Shown here: in pieces, positions 1 through 9,719 of the stretch
Position numbering within the stretch: position 1 is the stretch's first letter
How the letters are laid out: every line of letters begins with the position of its first letter
Source: Deltaproteobacteria bacterium
Lineage (GTDB): Bacteria > Myxococcota_A > Polyangia > Fen-1088
Direction of reading: 5' to 3'
Length of the DNA stretch: 64,000 nucleotides
NCBI GenBank assembly: GCA_033763315.1
Contig: JANRKS010000011.1
Coordinates: 32,001 to 96,000, forward strand
Position numbers and translations under genes: made by a program
Notes under the pieces: model-generated
The model's input: only the letters and a program-made list of their open reading frames with translations
What the model was told of the DNA's origin: nothing
Database searches by the model: none

Positions 1-1
1 C

Positions 2-79
2 CTTGGCGTGGTCAAGAAGCTGCGCCGCACCCCAGTGGCCGCGATCAGCAGGGCCCGCCTGCGCGCTGCCACGGCCTAG
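2..79 (+). CDS. 3' end of a CDS entering the window
   Basis: Open frame LGVVKKLRRTPVAAISRARLRAATA ending in TAG at 77-79. Confidence 0.4.
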   Translation, partial: LGVVKKLRRTPVAAISRARLRAATA

Positions 80-221
80 CCCCGCATTTAGGCAATTCTA
101 AGCAGAAGCCCACAACCCCACGCGAACGTGCGGCGGCGTCGGTCACGGGCCGGTGTGGATCAAGTGGTTGTGTGCGCCGCTTGTCCACTCGCCGTGAAGC
201 CAATGCCGCCGCGGGCTTGGC

Positions 222-320
222 CTATTTCTTCGCCAGCTTCTCGGCCTTCTTCGCCTGCTTCTCTTTTGTGCTCAGCTTCGGTTTGTTGTTCGTTGCCTGC
301 TTTGCTTGCCCCTTAGCCAT
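222..320 (-). CDS. Small Lys-rich protein (32 aa)
   Basis: MAKGQAKQATNNKPKLSTKEKQAKKAEKLAKK with AGGGG SD-like sequence upstream of the ATG at 320. Confidence 0.65.
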   Translation of the reverse strand: MAKGQAKQATNNKPKLSTKEKQAKKAEKLAKK

Positions 321-590
321 CTGAGTACCCCTGTTTTTGCTTTGTTTGCGGACGAAACGCCCGTACAGCCAGCATAAAGCATGGGCGGCGGAAGCGAGAA
401 CTTTCTGTGACTCGTTCGAGACGGCTCTGCAGACGCGGGAAGCCCTCAAGACAGGACCGATTGTCACCTTTGCCCAGGCAAAGCCGCTGTCCACCCGAAA
501 TTGAGCCGCGGTTGCACCGAAGATGTTCGGGTGTGGGCGGCGCGGGCTTTGGCGAACACTTGAGGCTCACGAGTCAACCGGAGCAGTACG

Positions 591-1562
591 ATGAGACGAC
601 TTGCAGTTCTGTGTGTCATCGCGTGGGCAGGGTGTAGCGGCGTTCTTTCACAAGGTGAGGCAGACGAAGATTCAGCCCCTGGGGGCGAGGGCGGCCTAGG
701 TGACGAGGGTGGCGCGGGCGTTGGCGGAGCTTCGTTTCCCTCTGAGGGCGGCCGTGGGGCCGCGGAAAATCACGCGGGCGCTCCGGGGCAAGATGCGTCG
801 GTGGGTGTGGCTGGCACGGCGGGCATGCCAACCGTCCGCGACGGTGGCGTGGCCGACGCCGAGCCAACGATCGTTGCTGATGAGCCGCCCCAAGGGTGGG
901 TGCCTGCAATCGTGGGCGTGGGATACGCGGGGATCCGTGCGCTGTCGAAAGATCTCGGCAAAACGTGGCCCATCCACCCCGCGCTGGCAGCGGGCCCGGG
1001 CAACGATGATGGCGATCTCTTGCGAGGCGTGACGTATGGCAAAGGCCTGTGGTTGGCGGGAGGTTGGAAGCATTTAATCTCAACCGATGGCGTAAATTGG
1101 AAGCCATCGCCCTTACCCAAAGGCTGCGGCTTGATGGAAAGCGTGGCCTATGGCAACGGCATGTTCATGGCCGCGTGCGGAGACGGCGATACGTTCATTT
1201 CCATTGATGGCCGGACGTGGCGCAATGGCAAGCAAGGCATTGGCACAGGTCGCCACATGAGCGTGGTGTTTGGTTTGTCGGCCGGCCTGGGCAAGTTCGC
1301 GGTCAGCGGCGACACAGGTGCTTCGTTCGCATCCACTGATGGTTCAACATGGACGGCCCTGCAGGGCATCAACCGCGTGCGCTACTGCCGCGGCGACTTT
1401 CATAGCTCCACAAGCTGCCCCGGCTTCGAAGGTCACGGCGTGTGGCTGCGTACGGGAGATCGATCCACGGTTGAACGGTCGCCCGATGGCAAAACGTGGT
1501 CCACCGTCGCGACGTTTCCCAGCTTCATCGGTTGGTACGCGTTCGGCTACGCGCCGCCGTGA
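591..1562 (+). CDS. Lipoprotein with Gly-rich linker and BNR/Asp-box-like beta-propeller
   Basis: Lipobox WAGC; repeated S-x-D-G-x-x-W motifs (SKDLGKTW, STDGVNW, SIDGRTW, STDGSTW, SPDGKTW). Confidence 0.8.
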   Translation: MRRLAVLCVIAWAGCSGVLSQGEADEDSAPGGEGGLGDEGGAGVGGASFPSEGGRGAAENHAGAPGQDASVGVAGTAGMPTVRDGGVADAEPTIVADEPPQGWVPAIVGVGYAGIRALSKDLGKTWPIHPALAAGPGNDDGDLLRGVTYGKGLWLAGGWKHLISTDGVNWKPSPLPKGCGLMESVAYGNGMFMAACGDGDTFISIDGRTWRNGKQGIGTGRHMSVVFGLSAGLGKFAVSGDTGASFASTDGSTWTALQGINRVRYCRGDFHSSTSCPGFEGHGVWLRTGDRSTVERSPDGKTWSTVATFPSFIGWYAFGYAPP

Positions 1563-1568
1563 GCCCGC

Positions 1569-2666
1569 CTATCGCCGTTTGTTGTACGTCAGATCCACAA
1601 GTTCAAACTCGCCATAGGCGTAATCGCCGTCGGGTGCATGCCACCGTGCCTCACCGTGTGAGGCGAGAAGCACGGGACCAAACTTGCGATAGTCGCGCAC
1701 GGGCGTGCTGAAGCGCAGCTTTTCTGCTGATTTGCCATCCGCAGAAAGGCGGGACCGATCGTCGGAGATGAAATCGCGAAGCAGCCCATTGTCACCGAAA
1801 ATGAGAGTGGCCGTGATCGTGTTCTGTCCAAGCGAAAAATGTGCCTTGGCCGTGTGCGCGTCCACGGGTTCCCAGTCAATGTGTGGGCCCAACAACGAAG
1901 CCGGCGCCAAGATGCACATATCGTTAAATAACGTCACCGTTTCAGAGCGATCCATCACGGCGCCACGTGCGTCAACCATGCTGATCGCGCCAAGCAGCTT
2001 CACGTGCATGGTGGCCTCCCCACCAACGAAACGGTGATACACGGCCACGGGCAGGCCTGCTTTCGTGGCGTGCATCCAGAACAGACGCGTGGGCGGATTC
2101 GTGAAGCTGACCTGCTCGGCGCGAAACGGCATCCACTTGTCGTGTGAAGTGGCTCGAATGCGGCCATAAAAACGGAGTGAATAGCTTTGCACGCGCGGCT
2201 GCCCCACCACCCCCACGCGCCGCAGATAGGTTGCCACTGGTGCGGGCAAACGGGCGAGATCGTTTTCCGTGACCGTCACCGGCTCTGCGGCACGCAGCGC
2301 GGATGAGTCACGCAGCAATTGCTCGTGCAAGCTCAGGGGGCCAAACATCAAGAAGCCGGCGATGGTGGGAACCAAGATCACCGCGTTGGCAAGCGTGCCG
2401 AACTTTGCGTCTGGCCACGCGCTGACAATCATCAGCTGGGAGAAGATCACGGCCAGCAAAGCCAGCGCCCAGAAGCCACGGGGCCACAGCCACAAGGCGG
2501 TGAGCGCCGCGAACATCAGCACCGCCGCGAGCAGCCAAACCGCACCCATGGCCAGCGAGATCGGTTTGGAAAGCTGTGGCAGTGGCGCGAGGCCCAACGC
2601 CTTGACAGGCCCCATCAAGTGAATCAGCCCATGAACCAGCAAGATCGCAGTGAGAAACCAGCGCAT
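1569..2666 (-). CDS. Membrane-anchored DUF6544-like protein
   Basis: N-terminal TM helices (HGLIHLMG); LPAPVATYLRRVGVVG, ETVTLFNDMC and YGEFEL motifs. Confidence 0.75.
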   Translation of the reverse strand: MRWFLTAILLVHGLIHLMGPVKALGLAPLPQLSKPISLAMGAVWLLAAVLMFAALTALWLWPRGFWALALLAVIFSQLMIVSAWPDAKFGTLANAVILVPTIAGFLMFGPLSLHEQLLRDSSALRAAEPVTVTENDLARLPAPVATYLRRVGVVGQPRVQSYSLRFYGRIRATSHDKWMPFRAEQVSFTNPPTRLFWMHATKAGLPVAVYHRFVGGEATMHVKLLGAISMVDARGAVMDRSETVTLFNDMCILAPASLLGPHIDWEPVDAHTAKAHFSLGQNTITATLIFGDNGLLRDFISDDRSRLSADGKSAEKLRFSTPVRDYRKFGPVLLASHGEARWHAPDGDYAYGEFELVDLTYNKRR

Positions 2667-2768
2667 CGTGCGCCTCCCGTTTAGTCAGAAGGAGCTTACC
2701 GCCTCTTTCGGCGATGTCGCCCACGGCGTGGAGGGCTGTGTGGGACTGCACCGGGCAGCGCGCAAAAA

Positions 2769-3572
2769 CTAGCTTGCCGTCAGCGCGAAAAACGCTTGAG
2801 CCGTGGCCGTAGTTGTGGCGGCCAAAGCTTCGGGCGTTTCGTGGCGTGCCTGGGCCACCGTGCTTAAAACCATCGGCAAGAACGCGGGCTCATTGCGCCG
2901 GCTCTTGGGCGCCGCGGGCAGGTTCTTTGGCAGTAGATAGGGCGCATCTGTTTCCAGCATCAACCGGTTGGCCGGTATACGCGGCATCAGTGCACGCAGG
3001 TGGCCACCGCGCCGCTCGTCGCAGATCCATCCGGTGATGCCGATGTGCAGATCCAAATCAAGGTAAGCGTCCAATTCGGCTGAGGTGCCCGTGAAACAAT
3101 GCACCACGGCGTTGCTCAGCGTGTCTCTGTGGCGTCTGACAATCGCCAAAAAGTCATCGTGCGCCGCGCGTTCATGCAGAAACACGGGCTTGTTTGTGTG
3201 GGCGGCCAACACAAGCTGTTCCTCGAAGCACGCGCGCTGCACATCGCGTGGCGAAAAGTCGCGGTCATAATCCAAGCCACATTCGCCCACGGCCACCACG
3301 GAAGGCTGTTGCAACAAGGCCCGCAAATCTTCGCTAAAGCCAGGCGTTGTGTCCTTCGCATGATGTGGATGCACACCCGCTGTGGCGTAGTGGCCGTGCG
3401 ATTGCGCCAGGGCCGCCGCCGCCGTGCTTTCGGGCAAACTCGTTCCTGTGATGACGATCGTGGTCACGCCAACCTTGCGGGCGCGGGCCAGGACCTGGGG
3501 CAGATCTGCGTGGAACGCCTTGTTCGTGAGGTTGGCGCCGATGTCGATGAGGCGAGGGTGAGGCGTGTTCAT
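2769..3572 (-). CDS. tatD: TatD family deoxyribonuclease
   Basis: DIGANLT, GVHPH, VGECGLDY, LHER, VVHCFTG, LETDAPY, RNEP. Confidence 0.95.
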   Translation of the reverse strand: MNTPHPRLIDIGANLTNKAFHADLPQVLARARKVGVTTIVITGTSLPESTAAAALAQSHGHYATAGVHPHHAKDTTPGFSEDLRALLQQPSVVAVGECGLDYDRDFSPRDVQRACFEEQLVLAAHTNKPVFLHERAAHDDFLAIVRRHRDTLSNAVVHCFTGTSAELDAYLDLDLHIGITGWICDERRGGHLRALMPRIPANRLMLETDAPYLLPKNLPAAPKSRRNEPAFLPMVLSTVAQARHETPEALAATTTATAQAFFALTAS

Positions 3573-3600
3573 GTTTGGCTCTTGTTCCGCAAAGACTCAT

Positions 3601-4395
3601 TTAGCGAAGGCGCGCCCTGACCTTCAGACGCACGTAATCAGCCGTCCATCGACCCGCGCGGTCTTGCAAAGCGGGGGCGAGCAGAGCGGTCACTTCATCT
3701 AAGACCGCTTCGCGCTCGGCGCCAAACTGGTTCAAGAACGGCTGGCGAAACGTCTGCAGCCACCCATGCATGCCCGTGGGCAACGGCGTCGGTCGCGGCA
3801 CCAGTGCGATGCGCTCAACCTCGAAACCATTTTCTTCAAGCAGCGCGCGGTACTCATCCGGGGTGGGGTAAAACCAAGGCGCGGCCAACGTGGGATCCGC
3901 CTTGCGGTAATGTGCCACGGCCCGCAAAGCCGTAACCACAGCCGCCACGTTTCCGTGGCCACCGAACTCCGCCACGAAGCGCCCTTGAGGTCGCAGCGCC
4001 GCGCGCACCCCGCGCACCACGTCTTCGGCGCGTGTCATCCAATGCAAAGCCGCGTTTGAGAACACAGCATCGAACTCGTTGGAAAATCGCAACGCTTGCC
4101 CATCACCCAGCTGCGCGTCGACGCCGATTTCTTGCGCTTGGGCAACCAACGAGGCGCTGGCGTCAACACCCAGCACGGACGCTCCGGCATTGGCGATCTT
4201 CAGTGTCAACGCGCCATCGCCGCAGCCCAGATCCAGGATCCGCTCGCCCGCGCGAGGATCAAGCCAACCCAAAATGTCGGCGCCCAGATCGGACACGAAC
4301 CGCGCGTTGTGATCGTAGCTTTGGGCGTCCCAGGTTTGCGCAGAAGCCAGGCCTGGCGGGGGCGGGGAACGCACGTCATCTGGAAGTTTGGGCAT
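3601..4395 (-). CDS. Class I SAM-dependent methyltransferase
   Basis: ILDLGCGDG, FDAVFSNAALHW, ADYVRL. Confidence 0.9.
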   Translation of the reverse strand: MPKLPDDVRSPPPPGLASAQTWDAQSYDHNARFVSDLGADILGWLDPRAGERILDLGCGDGALTLKIANAGASVLGVDASASLVAQAQEIGVDAQLGDGQALRFSNEFDAVFSNAALHWMTRAEDVVRGVRAALRPQGRFVAEFGGHGNVAAVVTALRAVAHYRKADPTLAAPWFYPTPDEYRALLEENGFEVERIALVPRPTPLPTGMHGWLQTFRQPFLNQFGAEREAVLDEVTALLAPALQDRAGRWTADYVRLKVRARLR

Positions 4396-4425
4396 CCCGC
4401 AAGACTACAAAAAATCGGAGCGCGG

Positions 4426-4473
4426 TGTTTGTGGAGCAGCAGTCCGCGCACAACTTTTGCTGCTCTGGCAACA
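4426..4473. promoter_or_regulatory. Tandem palindromic activator sites (putative SfnR-like enhancer pair)
   Basis: TGTTTGTGGAGCAGCA (4426-4441) and TGCTGCTCTGGCAACA (4458-4473), 32 bp apart. Confidence 0.7.
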
Positions 4474-4513
4474 CAGCGCGACCGTTTTGCGCCCTGGTCT
4501 GGCGCAGAACGAC

Positions 4514-4529
4514 TGGCACCGATCGTGCT
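4514..4529 (+). promoter_or_regulatory. Sigma-54 -24/-12 promoter of ribB-like/ssuE
   Basis: TGGCAC-CGATC-GTGCT (GG-N10-GC). Confidence 0.75.
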
Positions 4530-4541
4530 GCCACCCCACCC

Positions 4542-5225
4542 ATGCTTTTCGAGCACGAACGAACGCAAGCCAGCTTCAGCACCACCTTGGCCGTCGCACA
4601 ACTGCGCGCAGGCAAGCCGGTTATTCTCGTGGACGACACCACGGGTTTATCTGATCTCGTCGCCACCGCTGAGACCATCAGCGGCGACACAATCAATTTC
4701 ATGGCCAAGCATGCCAAAGGTCTGTTGGCTTTGGCACTGGCGCCCGAACGCGTGGAGCAGCTCCGCCTCAAGCCCATGGCGTTGCGGTGGGGCGATCTTC
4801 AAAAGCCGTTCACGGTGAGCATCGAAGCCAAAGAGGGCGTGAGCACCGGCATCAGTGCACCTGAGCGGGCCCACACCGTGCGTACGGCCGCCGCTCGTCA
4901 CGCGCAGCCCGCTGACCTAATTTCGCCCGGCCACGTATTTCCTTTGCGCGCTCGTGCGGGCGGTTTGTTGGCGGGCGGTGGTCGCGCCGAAGCTGCGTTG
5001 GACTTGGCGGTTTTGGCCAGTTCCCCGGGCGGTGCCGTGCTGATGGAGATCTTGGGGGACGACGGCGATCTGGCCGAGCCCTCTTACATCCTTGAGCTCG
5101 CGCGTAGGTTCGACCTGTGTGTCGTCACCATTGCGCAGGTTGCGCGTCATCTACGCACTAGCAACGTGACCGCTCGCACCGTGGTGCCATCGACCCCGGT
5201 CGCGTTTTTCGCGGAGGGGCTTTGA
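4542..5225 (+). CDS. ribB: RibB-fold protein (DHBP synthase homolog) with degenerate active site
   Basis: FTVSIEAKEGVSTGISA and PGHVFPLRA motifs present; acidic loop and RxGHTE motif altered; likely start is the ATG at 4542. Confidence 0.8.
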   Translation: MLFEHERTQASFSTTLAVAQLRAGKPVILVDDTTGLSDLVATAETISGDTINFMAKHAKGLLALALAPERVEQLRLKPMALRWGDLQKPFTVSIEAKEGVSTGISAPERAHTVRTAAARHAQPADLISPGHVFPLRARAGGLLAGGGRAEAALDLAVLASSPGGAVLMEILGDDGDLAEPSYILELARRFDLCVVTIAQVARHLRTSNVTARTVVPSTPVAFFAEGL

Positions 5226-5791
5226 TGCCTTCGATCGTCACAATTGCAGGCAGCCCCTCGGCACATTCACGCACCCTCGGCGTGGCCCACTATGCAGCGC
5301 AGTGGTTGCGTGCGCGTGGCTTCGAGGTGCATTCGATTAATGTGCGCGACCTGCCCGCAGAGGATCTGTTGACCGCGAAAACAACGGGCGCGATCGGCGA
5401 CGCTGTGGCGTTGCTTGAAGGCGCCAGTGGCGTGGTGGTGGCCACACCCGTGTACAAAGCCGCGTACGCGGGCGCATTGAAAGTGTTCCTCGATCTGCTG
5501 TCGCAATCGGCTTTGGCCGGTAAAGTGGTTCTGCCTTTGGCGACGGGCGGAACGGTGGCGCATCTGCTAGCGATCGATTATGCGCTGCGGCCCGTGCTCA
5601 ATGCGCTTGGCGCGCAGCACATTCTTAACGGGTTATTCATCACAGACAAACAGGTTCAAAAGACGGATGCCGGTGGCTTCGTGATCGACGACGTGATGCT
5701 TGAACGCTTGCACGGATCACTCACGGATCTGGCGGTGTGCCTTAGCGCGGTTGCCACACCACCCATGACCCCGACGCCCATGCGTCGTTAG
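5225..5791 (+). CDS. ssuE: NADPH-dependent FMN reductase
   Basis: IAGSPSAHSRT, ATPVYKAAYAGALKVFLDLL, LATGGTVAHLLAIDYALRPVL; TGATG overlap with upstream gene. Confidence 0.92.
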   Translation: MPSIVTIAGSPSAHSRTLGVAHYAAQWLRARGFEVHSINVRDLPAEDLLTAKTTGAIGDAVALLEGASGVVVATPVYKAAYAGALKVFLDLLSQSALAGKVVLPLATGGTVAHLLAIDYALRPVLNALGAQHILNGLFITDKQVQKTDAGGFVIDDVMLERLHGSLTDLAVCLSAVATPPMTPTPMRR

Positions 5792-7238
5792 CGTCACGAA
5801 ACGCCCCCATGAAAGCCGCGGTTGGATCAAAGAAGCCATCCGAGGGCGGACTCTCGGCGCCCTCGCCGAGCGCGGCATTGGGGCCAAGGCGCAAGGCACT
5901 GCGGTTGAAGCAATCAAGCCCGGGATCTTGCGCGCTGATCTTTCGCATCGGTTGCGACAAGTAGGCGATTTCATCAAAGCCCACGTCGTCGTCCTTCTGC
6001 GCCTCATTGTCCGTGCCGTTTTCTTCGTAGGCGAGGTTCTTGGTGCCATTGCCGAAAAACACTGAGCTTGCAACGTCAACGACCGTGTTTGCATCGCGTA
6101 CATCAAAGCCGGCTTCAAAGCCGTAAACGATCAAATTGCGAAAGCGCCCTCGGGTTGTGCGGCGCAACAGCAATCCGTATTGTTGTTTGTCCACGTCGCG
6201 TCCTTTCCCGCACAAAGTGGCATTGAAAATGGTGGGCTCGCTTAGCGGCGTCTTCGTCGATCCTGTGGCGTCGTTGTCGCCTTCAAACCCGTTGGTTTCG
6301 TCCACCACGTCAGGATCTTGCTGCAGCGCCAAGAATTGCAGCTTTCCGCGGTATCCGAGATCCCAATCGAATCCGTCATCACCGTTGCCTTGACACAGCA
6401 AATGCTTGGCATTGACCGTGCCACCGAAGAACTCGAAACAATCATCTGTCGTGATGCGGACTTGAATGTAGTCAAGCAGCGTGCCGGCGCCCACGCCGCC
6501 CAGCGTGAGGCCGTTGATCTCGTTGTTGGGGCCGATTTTTGTGCCGCTGTATTCGATGCGCACATACTTGAGCGTGCCGCTGCTGTCAGCCGGATCGGTG
6601 CCCCCATACTCGCCGCCCTCAAGCAACCCTTCGATGCTGGCCTTGGCTTCGTTCACCGGCGCCTTGCCGAGCAATATCACACCGCCCCAATCGCCGGCTT
6701 GGCGGTTGGCAACGTCGACGCCGCTCGTAAAGACAATCGGCAGATCGCGCGTGCCTTCGGCCATCAAGCGGGCCCCGGGTTGCACGATCAACGTGCCTTT
6801 GGTTTCTTTGTCGCCGCGGATGGTGGTGCCGGCTTCAATGGTCAGCGTCGCGCCGGCCTTGACGAAAACGTTGCCCACCAATCGATAATCTTTGTCACAC
6901 GAAAGCATATCGCTGGTCGCGATGTCACCTTGAAGCGTCACTGTGGGCTTGTTGGGGCGCGTGCAACGAACCAGTGCGCTCGCATCGTTTTCAGCAGTGG
7001 CATCGCGGGGGGCCACCGAGGCGTCGGGCGCCGCCAGACCGCCGCCTGATCCACCCTTGCCACCGCCACCGGGGGCGGCCACGCACACGTCGAATTTGCG
7101 ATCGCACACGGCACCCGCGAAGCGCGCGCAGTCGCCATCAGAGCGGCATTGTGCGCCGTCGGTGTCTAGCAAGAATGAACAGCTCGTGACGGCCACGAGG
7201 ATGGGCAAAATGGCCAGCCAACGCCTGTTGATGTTCAT
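5742..7238 (-). CDS. Lipoprotein with Cys-rich N-terminal module and parallel beta-helix-like domain
   Basis: Lipobox VTSC; GDWGGVILLGKAP, SGTLKYVRIEYSG, NEINGLTLGGVG, DDGFDWD; start 7238 overlaps upstream stop (TGATG). Confidence 0.8.
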   Translation of the reverse strand: MNINRRWLAILPILVAVTSCSFLLDTDGAQCRSDGDCARFAGAVCDRKFDVCVAAPGGGGKGGSGGGLAAPDASVAPRDATAENDASALVRCTRPNKPTVTLQGDIATSDMLSCDKDYRLVGNVFVKAGATLTIEAGTTIRGDKETKGTLIVQPGARLMAEGTRDLPIVFTSGVDVANRQAGDWGGVILLGKAPVNEAKASIEGLLEGGEYGGTDPADSSGTLKYVRIEYSGTKIGPNNEINGLTLGGVGAGTLLDYIQVRITTDDCFEFFGGTVNAKHLLCQGNGDDGFDWDLGYRGKLQFLALQQDPDVVDETNGFEGDNDATGSTKTPLSEPTIFNATLCGKGRDVDKQQYGLLLRRTTRGRFRNLIVYGFEAGFDVRDANTVVDVASSVFFGNGTKNLAYEENGTDNEAQKDDDVGFDEIAYLSQPMRKISAQDPGLDCFNRSALRLGPNAALGEGAESPPSDGFFDPTAAFMGAFRDANDAWASGSWVVWQPR

Positions 7239-8218
7239 CAGAAATGTCCCGCCACAAAGATGTTGGATGGCGCGAGGCCAACCGACAGGCGTGATGTTTT
7301 TGCTGTTCCTGCACTTGGCGCCGATGTCAGCGTCATCACCAGTGCGACTGTGGCGAGCAAGGCTGACGTGGCCCACAGTCCATCCGCCGTGAAGGCCAGG
7401 CGCCTGACGTCTTGCCGCTTGTCTCGCAAGGCGCTTGTATCGGTCAATGGATACGTCTCGCGCATCTGCTCCAATTCGCGTGATCGTCGCAACGCAAACG
7501 CGCTGCATATGGCGGCCCCTGCGCCCACCGTCGCTGCCAGCACCCATGGCACCGTGGCGCCCGAGGATTCGTGACGAACGGTTGGTGCCGCAGGTGCAGC
7601 ATTACGGCTCAATGCCGGCCGCAAGGGCACCGGAGCGCGCAATGACACGTTCACCACCGATTGTTCGCCCGCGGCCACTTCCACCACACGCAACTCGGAG
7701 CGGCCGTCGGCGGTGGTCACGGTCACGCGGCGGCGCCCTATGTTTACCAGCTGGGGTTTAATAGGGGTTTGACCCACGACCGTGTCGTCCACAAGCACCG
7801 TGGCGCCGTTGACGTTGGTCATCACACGCAGCTCGCCAACGCGCTCGCGGAGCTTGGCGATTTCGTCTTTGACGCTTTTGCTGCGGTCGTCGGAAACCTG
7901 GTTGCCTCCGTCATGCAGGTATTGCTCGAACAGCGAGATGGCCAGCGCGTAGTCATGAAGCTCGAATGCGACTTGCGCCATGTTGTAAAGAATCTGAAAG
8001 CGCGGTGCGAGTTGATACGCGCGACGGAACTCCACCATCGCCCCATCGGCGTTGCCCTCGTTGAACAAGTCAACGCCCCGGCGAAAGTGCGCTTCAGCGC
8101 TCTTGACGTCGCTTTGGCTTGGCGCCGTCTGGGCCAGCGCTTGTGGTGTGTGAATTCCCGGAACCGAGACCGCGAGCCACAGGCAGCAAAGTCGAACTCT
8201 AAAATGGGCTTTCAACAT
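7238..8218 (-). CDS. TPR + PEGA domain secreted/membrane protein
   Basis: Signal peptide; TPR-like AEAHFRRGVDLF..FRRAYQLAP; PEGA GATVLVDDTVVGQTP; C-terminal TM segments. Confidence 0.85.
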   Translation of the reverse strand: MLKAHFRVRLCCLWLAVSVPGIHTPQALAQTAPSQSDVKSAEAHFRRGVDLFNEGNADGAMVEFRRAYQLAPRFQILYNMAQVAFELHDYALAISLFEQYLHDGGNQVSDDRSKSVKDEIAKLRERVGELRVMTNVNGATVLVDDTVVGQTPIKPQLVNIGRRRVTVTTADGRSELRVVEVAAGEQSVVNVSLRAPVPLRPALSRNAAPAAPTVRHESSGATVPWVLAATVGAGAAICSAFALRRSRELEQMRETYPLTDTSALRDKRQDVRRLAFTADGLWATSALLATVALVMTLTSAPSAGTAKTSRLSVGLAPSNIFVAGHF

Positions 8219-9719
8219 CGAGGGCGCGTGTGGGTTTGTTAGCGGGTTTGCGATGCAAGGTCACGTCGAACGGGTCGACGGTTGGCGTCTTCGCTGCAAC
8301 AGCGCCTGCGTTGGCTTCGGGTGCTGGCGCGTCGGACCGTGTCCGCGCCAACACGGCGCGCCTTCGGAGGCGCCTGGCAAGCGAAGCTCGGTGCTTGACT
8401 CCGTCACGGCGCGTTTCGGGAGCCATTTCAGGGGCGGCAGGTGGCGGGTTGGGGGCCGATGCAACTTTAACTTGCGGTGGCGGCGGCGCGCTCGACGCCA
8501 TCTGCTGTAGGGCGGGGCTATGGTTCGCGGTGGCCGCAGGCTGTAAGTGGCTGGTTCGCCATGCTAGACCCAGCGCCACGCAAGCCGCCAAGCCGGTGGC
8601 GATCGTTCTTCCGCGTTTGTTGTTTGGTTGCACGGGCAAAGCCTTGTGTGCAACGGTTGGAATCTCATCTTGCAGGGCGGTGCTGCGTGGCAGGCTCATG
8701 GCCGACAAAGGCGTGAAGCGTTCAAAAGTTTCATCAATGGGTAAGCCCCGCAGGCCTCGATCGATGAGTTGCCGCATGCGATCGCGCTCCTGACGGAATG
8801 TGTAGGTCACAACCGCCGCCAGTTGCCGATCGTAAGAATCGCTGTTGCCGGCAATCAATCGATCCAGATCGATTTGCAGTTCAGCGGCGGTGCGATAGCG
8901 ACCCTCGCGGTGCACTGAAAGCGCGCGGCGGCAGATTTGATCAAGCCCCGCAGGTGTGTTTGGCGGCAGCGGCGGAATCTCCAAGGGCTGCGCCGACACA
9001 AGCTTGCGAATGATCGAGGTTTCAGTTTCGCCTTGCCAAAAGCGCCTGTTGGCCGCCGCCTCCCACAACATCACGCCAACGGAGAAGATGTCCGCGCGGC
9101 GATCGACGGCTTCGCCCCGCACTTGCTCAGGTGCCATATAGGCCGCGCGGCCCTTCATGACACCAGGCCGCGTGTGGTGGCCCGCGGCAAGTGACTTCGC
9201 GATCCCGAAATCCAGCACCTTTACCGCGCCATCGTACGTTACAAAGATGTTTTGTGGGCACACATCGCGGTGGACCACGTTCAACGGCACGCCGTCGTAG
9301 CCCGTCAGCTCGTGAGCGTAGTGCAGACCCGCCAACACGTTGCTCAATACCTTGAGACGCAGGGGCAACGCGAATAGATCGGGATCCCGCAGGCGGCTGA
9401 GCAGGGCGTAAAGCGGCTGCCCCTCCAAGAATTCCATGGCCATGAACAGCCGGCCATCCATCTGGCCCACATCGAACGTTTGCACCACATTCGGATGGTT
9501 GAGCCGCACAGCCAGGCGCGCCTCGTCCATGAACATGGCCGCGAAGTCCGCTTCGTGCGCAAGCTCAGGCCACACTCTTTTGACAGCGACGATCTTGGTG
9601 TAGTCGTCGCTGCCTTGTGTGGCGGCCAGGTATAATTCCGCCATGCCACCGCGGGCGATGGGCGCCAGCAGCCGGTAGCGGCTTGGGGCGGAATCCGTTG
9701 AAGCCAAGGACATGCTCAT
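8199..9719 (-). CDS. Ser/Thr protein kinase with TM segment
   Basis: ARGGMA, VAVKR, HRDVCPQN, DFG, YMAPE, DIFSVG. Confidence 0.95.
   Translation of the reverse strand: MSMSLASTDSAPSRYRLLAPIARGGMAELYLAATQGSDDYTKIVAVKRVWPELAHEADFAAMFMDEARLAVRLNHPNVVQTFDVGQMDGRLFMAMEFLEGQPLYALLSRLRDPDLFALPLRLKVLSNVLAGLHYAHELTGYDGVPLNVVHRDVCPQNIFVTYDGAVKVLDFGIAKSLAAGHHTRPGVMKGRAAYMAPEQVRGEAVDRRADIFSVGVMLWEAAANRRFWQGETETSIIRKLVSAQPLEIPPLPPNTPAGLDQICRRALSVHREGRYRTAAELQIDLDRLIAGNSDSYDRQLAAVVTYTFRQERDRMRQLIDRGLRGLPIDETFERFTPLSAMSLPRSTALQDEIPTVAHKALPVQPNNKRGRTIATGLAACVALGLAWRTSHLQPAATANHSPALQQMASSAPPPPQVKVASAPNPPPAAPEMAPETRRDGVKHRASLARRLRRRAVLARTRSDAPAPEANAGAVAAKTPTVDPFDVTLHRKPANKPTRALDVESPF

Noticed and set aside
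4032-4541. Long N-terminal extension on the RibB-like protein (similarly 7239-7547, 41243-41530, 41419-42021, 60631-60849)
   Set aside because: Extensions overlap neighbouring genes or promoters and lack protein-like motifs; downstream starts fit better
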